NCBI GenBank assembly: GCA_950097015.1
Contig: CATNEN010000025.1
Location: 186,001-250,000, forward strand
DNA: 64,000 nt
Direction: 5' to 3'
From: Macrostomum hystrix
Lineage: Eukaryota > Animalia > Platyhelminthes
Part shown: in pieces, positions 36,931 through 48,811 of the stretch
Numbering within the stretch: the stretch's first letter is position 1
Layout: every line of letters begins with the position of its first letter
The notes under the pieces: model-generated
The model's input: only the letters and a program-made list of their open reading frames with translations
Databases searched by the model: none
Told to the model about the DNA's origin: nothing
Position numbers and translations under genes: made by a program

Positions 36931-38780
36931 TTGAGCTTCAGCCTTCGAAACGCCATACTCTTTCATTTCAAATGGCGACCACCCACATATAACTGCATTG
37001 CAATACTCTTGCACGTCGTAACTTCTAGAAAGTCTTTGCAATATGGCTTATCTTCGCTCGCTATTCATGAGTACACATGCAGGAATACGTTTTAAATGTA
37101 CAGTTTGCTCTTTTACCAGTAAAGAATTATTAAAGCTTATTACTCACATTAAGTATTACCACTCTTTTGGGTGTAAAAGTTTTATTTGTCCAGTGGAACA
37201 ATGCTACCACAGTAGTATTTCTATTGAGGGCGTGCGTGCACATGCTTACCGCATACATAAGAGGGATACAAATGCAAATGTAAATAGTTTTGAATCCTTG
37301 ACATCAGTTTCTGCGCCAGGTGCAGACCTGGTATCACAGTCTCTTTTTCCAGAAGCTGTTAGTAGCAATAGAACTAGTGACAATGTTGAAGTCCAAGACC
37401 ATTATGTTGACAGTGATAGGCCAACCAATGCTACATTGATTCTTGATATGCCTAAAGAGGAGGAAAGGATTGAATCCTTAAGAAGTACAATTCGAAATAA
37501 TTTTTGTAAACAGTTCGTCTTCTTTTATTAAAAATCTAAAAGCTTTTTCTTTATCCCTAAAGAGAATTCTCAGCAGTTATGTTACTTACTTAAAGAAGTA
37601 GTTTTACCCACAGAATACACAGTGTATTCTGTGGTGTATTCTGTGTATTCTGTGTATTCTGTGGTTTTACCGTTTTCTCAAGATTACCTTTGTCTTTCCA
37701 AGCAGTTTTTGAAAGAAGAACACCCATCTATAATACATTCTTTTAATGTTTATCAACATGAGCTAGATTTGCAAGAAATGATTGATTTATCATTAGAGCA
37801 TGTATTAAGTGATTCAAAAATATCGTATAGAGGAATGGATCAAGTGTTGGTCAAGTGGGAAGATAGTTCCCATGGCTCTCAACATTTTGTCACTTGTGAA
37901 AATTAAATTGTAAAAGACAAAATTTGTCCTGGACAAAGAGTCCAAACAGGGACAACTAAAACTCTCGGGACGTGAAACGAGCCAATTCATGGCAAAAAAT
38001 CTGAGGGGCTCGCTTAAAAGTATTGTTCTATGGCTTTTACGAGTCTTCTCTGCTATCAAGCAAATTAAAATTGCTTTAGCTGCGGCCAGCAGTGAAGCTA
38101 AGCTGAACTATATCAAGAGAAGAATTTTTTATTCACTTGATGAAATGCCAAGAAAGCGCAGCGTATTTCCGGGGTCTTCCTAAAAGCCTCGACGCACCGC
38201 CCCTGGCGCACTTACTAGTTTTAACAACGATTACCTGATAAAGGATATTATAAAGATGAGCTTAGTATTTTAGTTTCAATAAAATAGTTGGGTTTAAAAA
38301 ATACTATTCTTTAACTTTTTCTAAAAACGAATACGACAATTTTTTTATTACTATAACTACCATGTGCGATACTAAGTGGCGATCTTCTTGCCAGGAGCGC
38401 ACTCGAGTACTTATATAATAGATTGCTCTAATAGATTAGAGCTAGTCGGTAATTTCTTTTGATTTGCTCCATTTATTATAATTGAGTAGCTTAATTGGTA
38501 ATAATCAACTACTTTAAATTACAGCCTTTCTTTCAGCTGTAGTAAAAGAAATATAGCAATAGGGCCTATGGCTATAGAGTAAATGTAGTCATACTCACAC
38601 CGTGAGTCACATACAGTGCTGTCCTTATTCACCTTCGCTGATAAATTATTAATTTATATAATGAAGCTCAGGGCTTATAAAAAGAATTTTAGTCGCACGC
38701 AGACTATTCTAATTTATAATGACATAATGATAGTATTTAATGCGAGTATACAGTGCTATGGAAACTAAGACACTGTCAAT

Positions 38781-39221
38781 GACGGTACCTGGACACTTCG
38801 TCATCTTACAACTTTGTCATCCAGATGACGATCTGTCCAATATCTCAGAGGGTGGATGACAAAGAGACTTAGACTTGTGGACACTTCGTCATCTATAAAA
38901 CAAAAGTTTTCAAAGTTAGAACAGAACCACCCCTCCCCACCTCCTCACATCATGTTGGCACCTTTCTTTCAACTCTTATAATGAAATCAGTTTTGACACA
39001 TCTTTTTGGCATTTTAAGATGTGAAGTGTGTTCACACCTCTGCCCCACCATCACTTTATTGAATGACGAACTTAATTGCTTATTTGTTATTAGTAGATGA
39101 CGAACTGACCAAACTTTAAAGCATGCCAATTGGCTGGATGACGAAGTGTCCTACCTTCCAAGTGGATGACGAAGTTGTAAGATGACGAAGTTGTAAGATG
39201 ACGAAGTGTCTAGGATCCGTC
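38781..39221. mobile_element. 441-bp MITE with ~33-bp TIRs and 3-bp TSD AAT
   Basis: GACGGTACCTGGACACTTCGTCATCTTACAACT ... AGTTGTAAGATGACGAAGTGTCTAGGATCCGTC; internal GATGACGAA repeats. Confidence 0.8.
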
Positions 39222-40159
39222 AATGACATGTGCATTGAACATCTGCATCAAGGTCAGATTTCTGCGAAACTGGTAGATCTAGACTCAGCAGACTGTACAG
39301 TACTAAATTTTTAGCATCTTTCATGCTTATTAGATGAAGCAGCAATAACTTTCTATTTTGTTTTATATTTCACAAGTGAGATTTGAGTTCAGTGCTCAAA
39401 TTAGTTTGTTGTATCTCATAATTGAGATATTGTTTGTTTTGTTTGAATTTTTTAGTCGCAGTTGGTCTAGCCATTGTACTGATTTTTCACTGTTTCAAAA
39501 ATATTGTGCGCTACACAGAGGCTAGCAGAAGGCCTATATTTATAATCACAGCATTTAAGCCATATAAGGTAGTGAGTGTAAAGTTAGGCCTAACCTTAAA
39601 TTAGGCTTCCAACTTCCAATTTTCTGTATTCTTAAATATTTATAGTCAGGAATTGCTGTTAAACTACATTTTAGTAAAAAAAGTAAGGGAGTAAGTATAT
39701 CGAAGAAGCATAACGAGAAAGAAAGCAGTGCAAAAAAATTGCAACACAATAAATATCTTTATATGTACTTGTTCCTTAGGATGCTAGGCCACCCAAAACG
39801 AAACCTAAAAAGCATATTAATATAATGTTATATTATAATAGCTATAGCACTCTTAAGTTATTCTTATACAAACATATCTATGTAGAATATCAAAGTAACA
39901 AATGAGAAAAAATAAATGTATTGGGCTAACTAACGCAAAGTTTATATATAAACTAGAAGCTTGGGAGCTGTAAAAATAGGCACAAAAATGCCTCCTAAAA
40001 AACTTTGTTTACATTTCAGCTCAATTTTCAGTTTGGACAATTCCAGAAACAACTATAAAAGTAGTGAAATTGGCTTTTTGTTTTATGATTAAGCAGCCAA
40101 ATATTAACTTCTGGCTATAACAAATTTGGAGATTGGGATTTTGTTCTATGCTCTACTAT

Positions 40160-41185
40160 GCTCTACGCCCTATGCTCAACGTGGATGCCGAGCCCAACGG
40201 AGTAGTCCTGACACCGGCGCACTTCCTGGTCCTGCAGCGTCTGACGGCCGAACCGCGTCCACCAGCACGCCCGAGCTACTCCTGCCATTGCCAACCCTGC
40301 TGAAGCGGATGCGGGCGAAACTGCATACCTTCTGGGACTACTGGGAGCGACAGTACCTGACCAGCTTAAAAGAACATCGGCTCACTCCCAAGCACAGCAT
40401 TATCCAAGAGGCGGAGGTCGGCAACATCGTTCTGGTGAAAGGCGAAGCTGGACAAACGAGACTTGCCTGGTGCACTGGCGTCATTGAGCCGGTGCATCCT
40501 AGCCGAGACGGTGTGGTCCGATCGGCAACAGATAGAGCCGCGCCCAAGCCCGGCCGTGGTCCCAGGAGATGTATGATCCGCAGACCGGTAGAAAATCAGA
40601 TTTTACTGGAAGCCGTGACCGAATCAACTTTGCTATGGACTGTTATAATTTACTGACTGTTATTGATGCTCGCTCGTTGATCAATCTTTTTGAAATTTCG
40701 AATGGGAGTCGATTTCCATGCTAAGTAATTTCTCTTCAATCGTTTTTTGTTAACTTCTCGTATTGGTGGTGGTGGTGGTATGCTACTGTTGCAAAACTGT
40801 TTCTTCATTTCGAAGTATTTCTCTATTCCGTAGACTTTTCATACTGTATGGTAGCACAATCATTTCCGGGTACCTTAATGAGGAAGCATCATTAGGGGAA
40901 GAGTGGTGGATTTGAGTGCCTGCCTGCCCCATTGCTATGTGTAGCGTCGTCACGTGTACGCCTGGCACTTCCCCCTTCTCTGTGTGCGTGTTGCATGTGC
41001 ATTGTGGGGTAGGTGTCGCGTCAGAGAGAGAGGGGGGATAGAGAGAGTGGATGTACGTGCGTGCAACCTATCACTAAGCTTTGAAGGTAAAATATAAAGT
41101 CAACTGTTGGCCATAGGCCTCTGAGACCTTTTCTCTGCCTTAACAACCTCAGAGTGAGTTATTCATTCCTTAACAGTCAACGACA
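40160..41185 (+). mobile_element. BEL/Pao LTR retrotransposon 3-prime fragment (integrase C terminus, DUF5641-like) with probable 3-prime LTR (~40780-41185)
   Basis: RPML...LTPAHFL, FWDYWERQYLTSL, VGNIVLVK, AWCTGVIEPVHPSRDGVVRSA and RRPV; G-rich tract before a TG start; LTR limits uncertain. Confidence 0.75.
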
Positions 41186-44100
41186 GTAAAGAAAGCAAAA
41201 TAGTTAATATTGGCAGAGTGTAGATCTAGAACTATCAAACAGTAGGATGCCATTTTGCTTCTTTTCTTACATGGACATATTGTTACAGGTATGCGCCTGT
41301 ACTCTGCATGCGGATACCCACCCTTTGCTACCAATTAAGTATCTATGTTGTATATTTAAAACCCTCTCTTTGAAATTTTTTAAACTTATTCAACGGATAA
41401 ACACTTTAACACTCATTGCTCGAGCGTATTTGATTAGAAGCTGCTCCGATATACGATGATAATATATATATAAGGACGTATTTTTATACCCTTCTGCAGT
41501 CGTAAAAATGCAGTTTCATGAATTATAAAATAAATTATAAATTGAATTAAATTATAAATTATACTTTTTTTACTATAGAAGTAAGCGTCTTGTTATCATG
41601 AAATTAACTTTTAATTTTGCGCATTAATTAAATCTTCTTGTTCTCATTTGAGTCATTTGAGATTCATAATTACATAAAAATTTCTTGTTACAGCATTAAC
41701 CTTGTAAAATATATATATTTATTTACCAAATTATTTTGAGTACAATATTTATAAAGTCTCACATTAAAATAAGTAATAGAACCCAATAACCCAATACATT
41801 TTAAACAGTGTTAATACATTTTTAATACAATACATTTAAGTATGAAAAAATATGTGCTTTTAACAATTATAAGCTTCTCTAAACTTGTTAACACACATAA
41901 AAACAATCGTTATTCTATCACCTTGGCAAACGATCGCGTCCTTCATCGGACCACTGATAGCCATCTGCTTTCCAGTCGTTAGCATGTACGGCTGACTGGG
42001 GATTAAATAACAGGAGTGAGCCTTCACATGGTCTATACAGTGGTGCACTAATTGTGAGAAAAATTATCAGATGCATCCGGTTGGCCTCTAATAATCCGAA
42101 GAGCAATTGCCGCTGTTAGACTCATGCAAATGACTTGTAAAGAAATGTAGAAGCAGAGCAAGAAATAACTGAAATGAAAATTCTAACGAAATCACCGAGT
42201 CTGCTTTAGTTGCTTATTTTTTTAAATAAATTATAATTTTTTAAAGTGTGCCTTACATCCGAGTCACCATGCAGTGTAGTCCTGATGGCCAGTTCGGCGA
42301 AAAGTTAAAATTATTCATTTGTTTTTTCTGCGTTTCAATTTTTCATTTCCAAAAATGTATAATGAATATTTTCATATGGATTTTTTACATTTAATTTGCG
42401 AACATCAGTATAAAAATTTTTTTTTACATTTTTTTATACCCTGTAAGTGCGCCAGGGGCGGTGCGTCGAGGCTTTTAGGTAGACCCGTATTTCCGTGCTC
42501 GTCAAATTACAACTCTGAAGACGTTCGAACACGGATATTTGCGTTTCCCAGAGATCCACAGGAGCGAGAGCGATGGAGAAAGGCACTGCCAAATATTCTC
42601 CAGGTAAGAAACCAGATCATTTGCTGTCATTACTGCTGCATAATTCCGCTTCAATTCTACATGACAGTCTCGTCCAAACAACTTGAAACCCAAAATTTTT
42701 TATTTTAGAGAGTGACTGACAATATGGGCGTGTGCGTAAAGCATTGGCCAAGCGATGCTCCAATGGTTAAGAAAAACTCTACCGAAAGGCCAATTAATCC
42801 TCCTTCTGTTTTTAGTGGAGTTCCCAGCTCGTGTTTTGTTCAGAACCAAGGTACGTAACTTAAAGATTGCTTAACACTTAGCGTCTATATCGATTTTGCC
42901 GCTCACAATTATCTTACTTTTATTTCTACTCTTATTTTAGACCAGGACCGACAGGCCGAAAAGCGCGGTGTTCTTTCTGACACGAGGTGCGGCGACATCG
43001 ATGAGATGGACGCTTTTCAGCTGCTTGATTTTTTGCCGGCATGGGAAAGTTTTCGAGCTGAGGTGAAAAATTCGGATGTCGTATCTCGACATGCACTGAA
43101 CACAGCTATTCTGAACGAAGACGTTTACTTGTTTACGTTAGATAAAGATGGAGACCTGTCCGAATTTTTGTCTCACCCAACTTTCTGATTCGTGCATTCA
43201 AACTGCATACACCGATTTCGGTTCGAGACTTGTTGGGATTTCAACCGACACTCAAGCGCTGGTCGCAACTGGATGCTGTTGTCGTGCGGTGCAAAAATTC
43301 CGACGCCAATCCGCAACGTGAAGTCGAAGCGTTTGTTGTAGAATCAGTGATGATATAGATTCTGATTCTGATTTGGATCCGTTATTTGCTTCTATTTTCT
43401 TGCCGTTGGAGTTTCATCTTCGCTTTCATCCTTTATCTTCTTGCCGTTGGAGTTTTTTGTTGATATGGCGGTTACTTTATTGTAAATTATTGTAATTATA
43501 TCACTGGTTCTTATTCTTTAAATTAAATACTCGACATTGCCTCGCTTTACTATTTAATCTAACCGTTAATGCCTGATAGCAGAGAAGACTTGAAATATCC
43601 ATAGAACAATACTTTTAAGCGAGCCCCTCAGATTTTTTGCCATGAATTGGCTCGTTTCGCGTCCCGAGGGTTTTAGTTGTCCCTGAGTCCAATATAATGA
43701 TGGAAACAAGTTTTGGAATGGTATTATTATTAGGAATGAGCAGCATACCATGTCCTTTAAAAGAAAACGAAAATATAATTCAGTCAACAAAGCTACAACG
43801 CCAACCTCTGGTGACAAAGTGTCTGCTGTAGCTGCAGCTTCCAGTGATTCGGCCTCTAGCACTGCTGCCTCTGCCTCTCGACAACTGATGACATCAGTGA
43901 GCTTGAAGGTAAGTTGCTGTCGCGACTTTCGTCTCTGCCTTCTGTCCTCTATTCACTCTTTCGTTCCCTGCACTTTTCTTGTTTACATGTCCTGTTCAAT
44001 CTAGTTCTTTCTCTCTCGTAATCTGTGCGGCTGATCTCTCATTCTCTATCCTTTCTTCCTTTCCTCCTTTCTGATTGGTCCGCCGCTCACATACTAGCCT

Positions 44101-44286
44101 CCCCTCCTATCCAGTCGCACACTCTTGCTATCGTACCGCCAACCTCCGCCAGTCTGTCCAACTTAACCATGTATAACTACGAGTATATAGTCCAGGGCAC
44201 AACGCCCTCTCACGTTTCACTGGACTTCGCTACTCTCCACAAGCTACCTGCAGGCCAGATAGACAATTGAGTCTGTCTCTCTCAGT

Positions 44287-44479
44287 TTTCTTGACAGTTG
44301 CTGAATAAGGATCTCGTTGGGTTGTACCTAAATGTACAGAACTGGAAAGTGTAACTCTAATATACATTATTGCCATGTCATTTTGCTGCATAAAATTGCA
44401 GGAGGCATATAGTTCAGGTATATATTCCATGTCTGCATAAATTTGCAGGAGTTACAGGATTGTCACAGGATCCAATTAC
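44287..44479 (+). repeat. Repeat X, copy 1 (flanks the YR element)
   Basis: Near-identical to 48570-48811. Confidence 0.9.
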
Positions 44480-44696
44480 TGTACACACTATTGTGCGCCG
44501 GCGCGCAGTAGTGTGATTTAATCGTTGATGATGTACGCTTATTTGTGCTGTACGCTGCCTGTGCCAGTCGGCTTTTTACTCTTACCGTGTTACGCGCGGG
44601 TTTTAGCCCCTCCCCCCTCTACGGGGGTTTTTAAGTCCGATCGCTTGTGAGCTTGCAACCTATCGCCTGCACGTAAAAATTTTTTTCAAGCCAGCT

Positions 44697-45830
44697 ATGG
44701 CCTCGCAATGCAGTACTATCAACTTTGAACACCTCAACAAGGCTGGACTGCGAAACCTGCTGAAAAACAGAGGCCTGCCTCACGATGGTAACAGAAAAGT
44801 CATGATCCGTAGACTGCTTGACGACACCCAGCGAGGCCAGCAACGCGCATCAAGAACAACTACGCCGGCGCACTCAGCAGACTTTGAAGACATCGGCGAA
44901 GGCATCCAAGAAACCCTGATGAGCGGAGTCGCCCAGTCGGCAGCGCCAGTCGGGTCAGCGGGGAGGGCCAGCACCGTGGACGAGGAGATCGAGCAGACGC
45001 GGAAGCGCATCAGCCTGCTGGAACTGCGAAAGCGTGATGCCCAACTCGCAGCGGAACTCGCCCAGTCCGGTGACCCTGCTACAGCACCAGGTGAGAACCT
45101 TCTGGAGTGCGCCTTTACAGAGCGATTGGCCCCTAGGGATGGTAGGCAGGGCAGACAGCACAGCTTGGAGCTTGAAGATGCTTTGCACAACCCCCGCCAC
45201 CTGGCTCAACCGCTGCTTGTCACCGACTTCCTGGACTGCCCATCAGAAGCAAGCTCGGTGCTTCTGCACGATCAAGGCCGCCTAACTCTCAAGTCGTCCG
45301 ATGCGGCCAGCATCGCTGGATGCGGTGAACTACGGACAGTGGATATCGTCTAATGCAAAAATCATGAGACAGCTGATCGAAACAGGCAACTTGATAATCT
45401 ACAACAACGACGGTTCCATGAATTTGAGCAAACTGATGGCTTATTTGGACTACAACGTGCATGTCGGCGAGCTGTTGGATGCTGACTACGATTGGAGGGG
45501 GTCCTGCACTACGATGAGGATGTTCGCAAACTGCAGCACGCGGGCGGTTGTGAGAGGAACAGCACGTCGCTAAACCTAATTGTGAAACACATGACAGCCC
45601 CTAAAAATCTGCACGCGGGCGGCGGCTTCACTGCACGTAGCTCGGCCTCACGACGCGGGATTAACAAACATAAATATCCCACGACGACGGGAGGCCAGGT
45701 GATCTGCGGACTCTTCAATAGTGCCAGAGGCTGCCAACGCCAAGTCTGCAACTTCGCGCATGTGTGCAGGACGTGTGAGGGCCCACACCCGCAGCACCTG
45801 CACCAAGAGCAACAGCCCAACAGAGCTTGA
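44697..45830 (+). pseudogene. Gag-like ORF1 with N-terminal SAP-like motif and C-terminal Cys/His finger (frameshifted)
   Basis: LNKAGLRNLLKNRGLPHDGNRKVMIRRL; CGLFNSARGCQRQVCNFAHVCRTCEGPH. Confidence 0.75.
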
Positions 45831-47270
45831 GAATTATCAGTCTGCTACGTGTGACGAGAACAGACAGCTGGTCGAAACTCAGATCCAGCGTGAAATCACC
45901 CTGTCCAGGTATAAGCGGGTTCAGGACGTCGGTATCGCCAAGCCTACGAAAATCAGTCCACTAGGAGCTATCAAAAAGGACGACTCGAAAGTGCGGCTCA
46001 TCCATGACGCATCGGCACCGGCTGGGAACTCATCAACAGCAGCTACGAAAGCAACCAGCGGCTCAAGTTCGCTAAGGTGGAGGACATCACTAGGGTCGCC
46101 AAGAGAGGCTGGTTCCTGAGTAAAGTCGACCTCAGTGAGGCTTACCGTAGTGTTCCAATCTATCCTGACTGCTACCCCGTCACTGGCGTTAAGTGGCAGT
46201 TCTCTGGTGACAGCCGGCCGACTTACCTGGTCGATACGCGCCTCCCATTCGGTGCTTCCGCCTCTGTCGAGATCTTCCACCGCCTCACTCAAGCCATCCG
46301 GCGATACGTCGCAAGGAAGTTCCTAGCTGATGACGGACAGACGCTTGTTGTCTACCTGGACGACTTCTGCATCGCAGCTAGAAACTATTCTGCCTGCCTA
46401 ACGGCGCACAATTACCTTCTCGCTCTGCTCAGCAAGCTTGGCTTCAGCATCAATTAGGCAAAAGTGTGCCAGCCTTCCCGCAAGCTTGTCTTTCTCGGCG
46501 TGTGCATCGATCTGGAGGCTGGCCAGCTCACACTCCCAGAGGCCAAGCTGAACGAATTGCGTGATCTCTTAATTTCCTATACCCAGCGGATCAGAATTAC
46601 CAAGCTGCATGTTCAACGCCTGCTAGGCAAAATCAGTTGGTTCTGCAATGTTGCTCGGGCGGCGCGCGTGTTACTTCGAGCCTTGATAGACATCAACAAC
46701 TCGCTTGCCTGCAGTTCGCACCGCATCCGGATCGCTGGTGAGATGCTCCATCAACTGCAGTTCTGGTTGCGAGCTATCGATTCTCTGCCCCCTCTGGAGC
46801 TTTGGCCGAGCTTCCGAGGGAACATCGCTATGGAGACAGACGCTTGCGCCACTGCGGGAGGTGCCGTGGTGGCCGGGTCTCCGTTTGCAACAAGCTTCTT
46901 CTTCGTTGACTTCAAGCGCGACGCTGGGGGCTGCTTTGAGGACCTACACATTAACTTCAAAGAGGCCGTTGTCCCGCTTCTCACCATCATCCGGCTTCAA
47001 GAGTCGCTAGCTGGTTGCAGAGTCTGCATCTACTGCGACAACAGCGCTGCATTCGGCATCCTCAACCGAGGCTCGTCAGGCACATGCCGGTCAGCTAGCA
47101 GGTGCTGGCTGACCCACTGTCTCGCTGTCTGTCTTGGGCCAATCATATGATCGATTTTGCTTTGCGCGCTAATTCTGCTAGTATATCTACGGGTTTCTGC
47201 TTTTCTGAAGCTGCCAAAAACGCCTTCTCCTTTCAGGTACTGGCCCACGTCCCGACCCCCTGCTGGCCCG
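45830..47270 (+). pseudogene. DIRS-type reverse transcriptase / RNase H
   Basis: SPLGAIKKDDSKVRLIHDAS, LPFGASASVEIF and YLDDF; frameshift near 46030 and TAG at 46455. Confidence 0.88.
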
Positions 47271-47274
47271 ACTT

Positions 47275-48228
47275 GTGCATCTGGCCTTCTCGTCTTCAAC
47301 CTGGCGCTCATCGAAAAGCCACTGGCGCGGCTGGTCGGAATTCTGTCGGCGCTCGAAGCTTCACCCACTAAGCGCTGAGCCAGGTCACGTGTGCCGGTTC
47401 GCCAGCAGTCTGGTTGCTAAGGGACTCAAATTCGGCACCGTTCTGAGCTACATATCGTCAGTCGGTCGGTTGTACAAGCTGGCGGGGCGCGTCGATCCCA
47501 CCGGGCACCCCTCAGTGAAGCTGGTGCTACGCGGGGCGAAGCGCCTCCTTGGTTGCCAACAACGCCGAAAGCGGCCGATCACTCCATCAATTCTGCGCGG
47601 CATCCGTGGACACCTACGCTTAGACGACCCTAAACAAGCAGCCTTTTGGAGCGCAGTCCTGACCGGCTGGTGGGGGCTTCTGCGTCGTGCCAACCTCGTT
47701 GCTAGCAATCGCGCTGGCAATGGTGGCGAAAGAGGCGCGCTCACAGTGGCCGACATTGTGTTTGGAGGCTCGGCCATCCGTCTGCAAGTCCGATGGTCCA
47801 ATAACAATCAGTTCGCAGCTCGAGTGCACCCCGTCCTGCTACCCAAGCTGAAGGCCAATCATCCGCTCTGCCCATGGTCCGCCCTGATGCGACATTGGAG
47901 ACTGAATCAGCTCGACAAGGCGTCAAGCATGCAGCCCCTCTTCTCAGTGCGATCTGATGGATCTTGGGGCGCTCTGTCGCGGTTCCAGTTCGACAAGATG
48001 CTGCAGGAGGCTATTCAGTCCATGGGATTGCCAGGCAACCACTTTTCTGGCCACAGCCTTCGTCGGGGAGGCGCGACTTTCGCCCGCGACTCTGGGCTTC
48101 CGCTTGAGGCCGTTCAGCTGCTTGGTGACTGGTCAAGCGACTGCGTGCAGCGATATGTCGAGTCCGATCAGCCAGAAACCACGCGTCTAGCTATCAAGCA
48201 TTTCGCTGCTGCTGTGGAGCGCTTGTAA
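47275..48228 (+). CDS. Tyrosine recombinase of the retrotransposon
   Basis: LLRRANL (R), KANH, GHSLRRGGATF (H-x-x-R), GDW and RY (catalytic Y); N-terminal helical domain; true start uncertain. Confidence 0.9.
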   Translation: MHLAFSSSTWRSSKSHWRGWSEFCRRSKLHPLSAEPGHVCRFASSLVAKGLKFGTVLSYISSVGRLYKLAGRVDPTGHPSVKLVLRGAKRLLGCQQRRKRPITPSILRGIRGHLRLDDPKQAAFWSAVLTGWWGLLRRANLVASNRAGNGGERGALTVADIVFGGSAIRLQVRWSNNNQFAARVHPVLLPKLKANHPLCPWSALMRHWRLNQLDKASSMQPLFSVRSDGSWGALSRFQFDKMLQEAIQSMGLPGNHFSGHSLRRGGATFARDSGLPLEAVQLLGDWSSDCVQRYVESDQPETTRLAIKHFAAAVERL

Positions 48229-48569
48229 CTCTAACAAATTTTTCTCTTCTCTCGTTCTTTCTTTTGTTCTGGGTTTGGCCTTCATCTTCGCCCACTCGTT
48301 CTCCGCCAACCGCTTCGCCTTTGTGTCATCTGGATTAATGTACATACTATTGTGCGCCGGCGCGCAGTAGTGTGATTTAATCGTTGATGATGTACGCTTA
48401 TTTGTGCTGTACGCTGCCTGTGCCAGTCGGCTTTTTACTCTTACCGTGTTACGCGCGGGTTTTAGCCCCTCCCCTCCCTCTACGGGGGTTTTTAAGTCCG
48501 ATCGCTTGTGAGCTTGCAACCTATCGCCTGCACGTAAAAATCTTTTTCTTCAAAAAACTTTTTTCTTTT

Positions 48570-48811
48570 CTTTCTTGACAGTTGCTGAATAAGGATCTCG
48601 TTGGGTTGTATCTAAATTTACAGAACTGGAAAGTGTAACTCTAATATACATTATTGCCATGTCATTTTGCTGCATAAAATTGCAGGAGGCATTTAGTTCA
48701 GGTATATATTCCATGTCTGCATAAAGTTGCAGGAGTCATATAGTAACACGTACATATTCCATGTCTGCATAAATTTGCAGGAGTTACAGGATTGTCACAG
48801 GATCCAATTAC
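48570..48811 (+). repeat. Repeat X, copy 2 (with an extra internal duplication)
   Basis: Matches 44287-44479; CATATTCCATGTCTGCATAAA block present twice. Confidence 0.9.

Larger units (their letters stand above)
38172..42486 (-). mobile_element. Mutator-like (MULE) non-autonomous element
   Basis: 44-bp TIRs (43/44 identical) and a perfect 9-bp TSD GTATTTCCG; remnant DWKADGYQW..G...LP ORF at ~41900-42110 on the minus strand. Confidence 0.85.
38145..43190 (+). pseudogene. THAP-domain transposase N terminus interrupted by the Mutator-like insertion
   Basis: MPRKRSVFP (38145-38171) + CSSNY...FAFPRDPQERERWRKAL (42496-42603) | VCVKHWP...PPSVF (from 42709); GT-AG introns in phase. Confidence 0.8.
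37947..43685 (+). mobile_element. P-element-like (THAP) DNA transposon, internally deleted
   Basis: 116-bp TIRs (37947-38062 and 43570-43685) starting CAGGG; 8-bp TSD AGTCCAAA/AGTCCAAT; spliced THAP exons. Confidence 0.85.
44480..48541 (+). mobile_element. Ngaro/DIRS-group tyrosine-recombinase retrotransposon (gag, RT-RNaseH, YR), inactivated
   Basis: ~200-bp direct repeats 44480-44680 and 48339-48541; RT KVDLSEAYRSVP, LPFG, YLDDF; RNaseH TDAC, HINFKE, CDN; YR GHSLRRGGAT...GDWSSDCVQRY; no methyltransferase seen. Confidence 0.92.
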
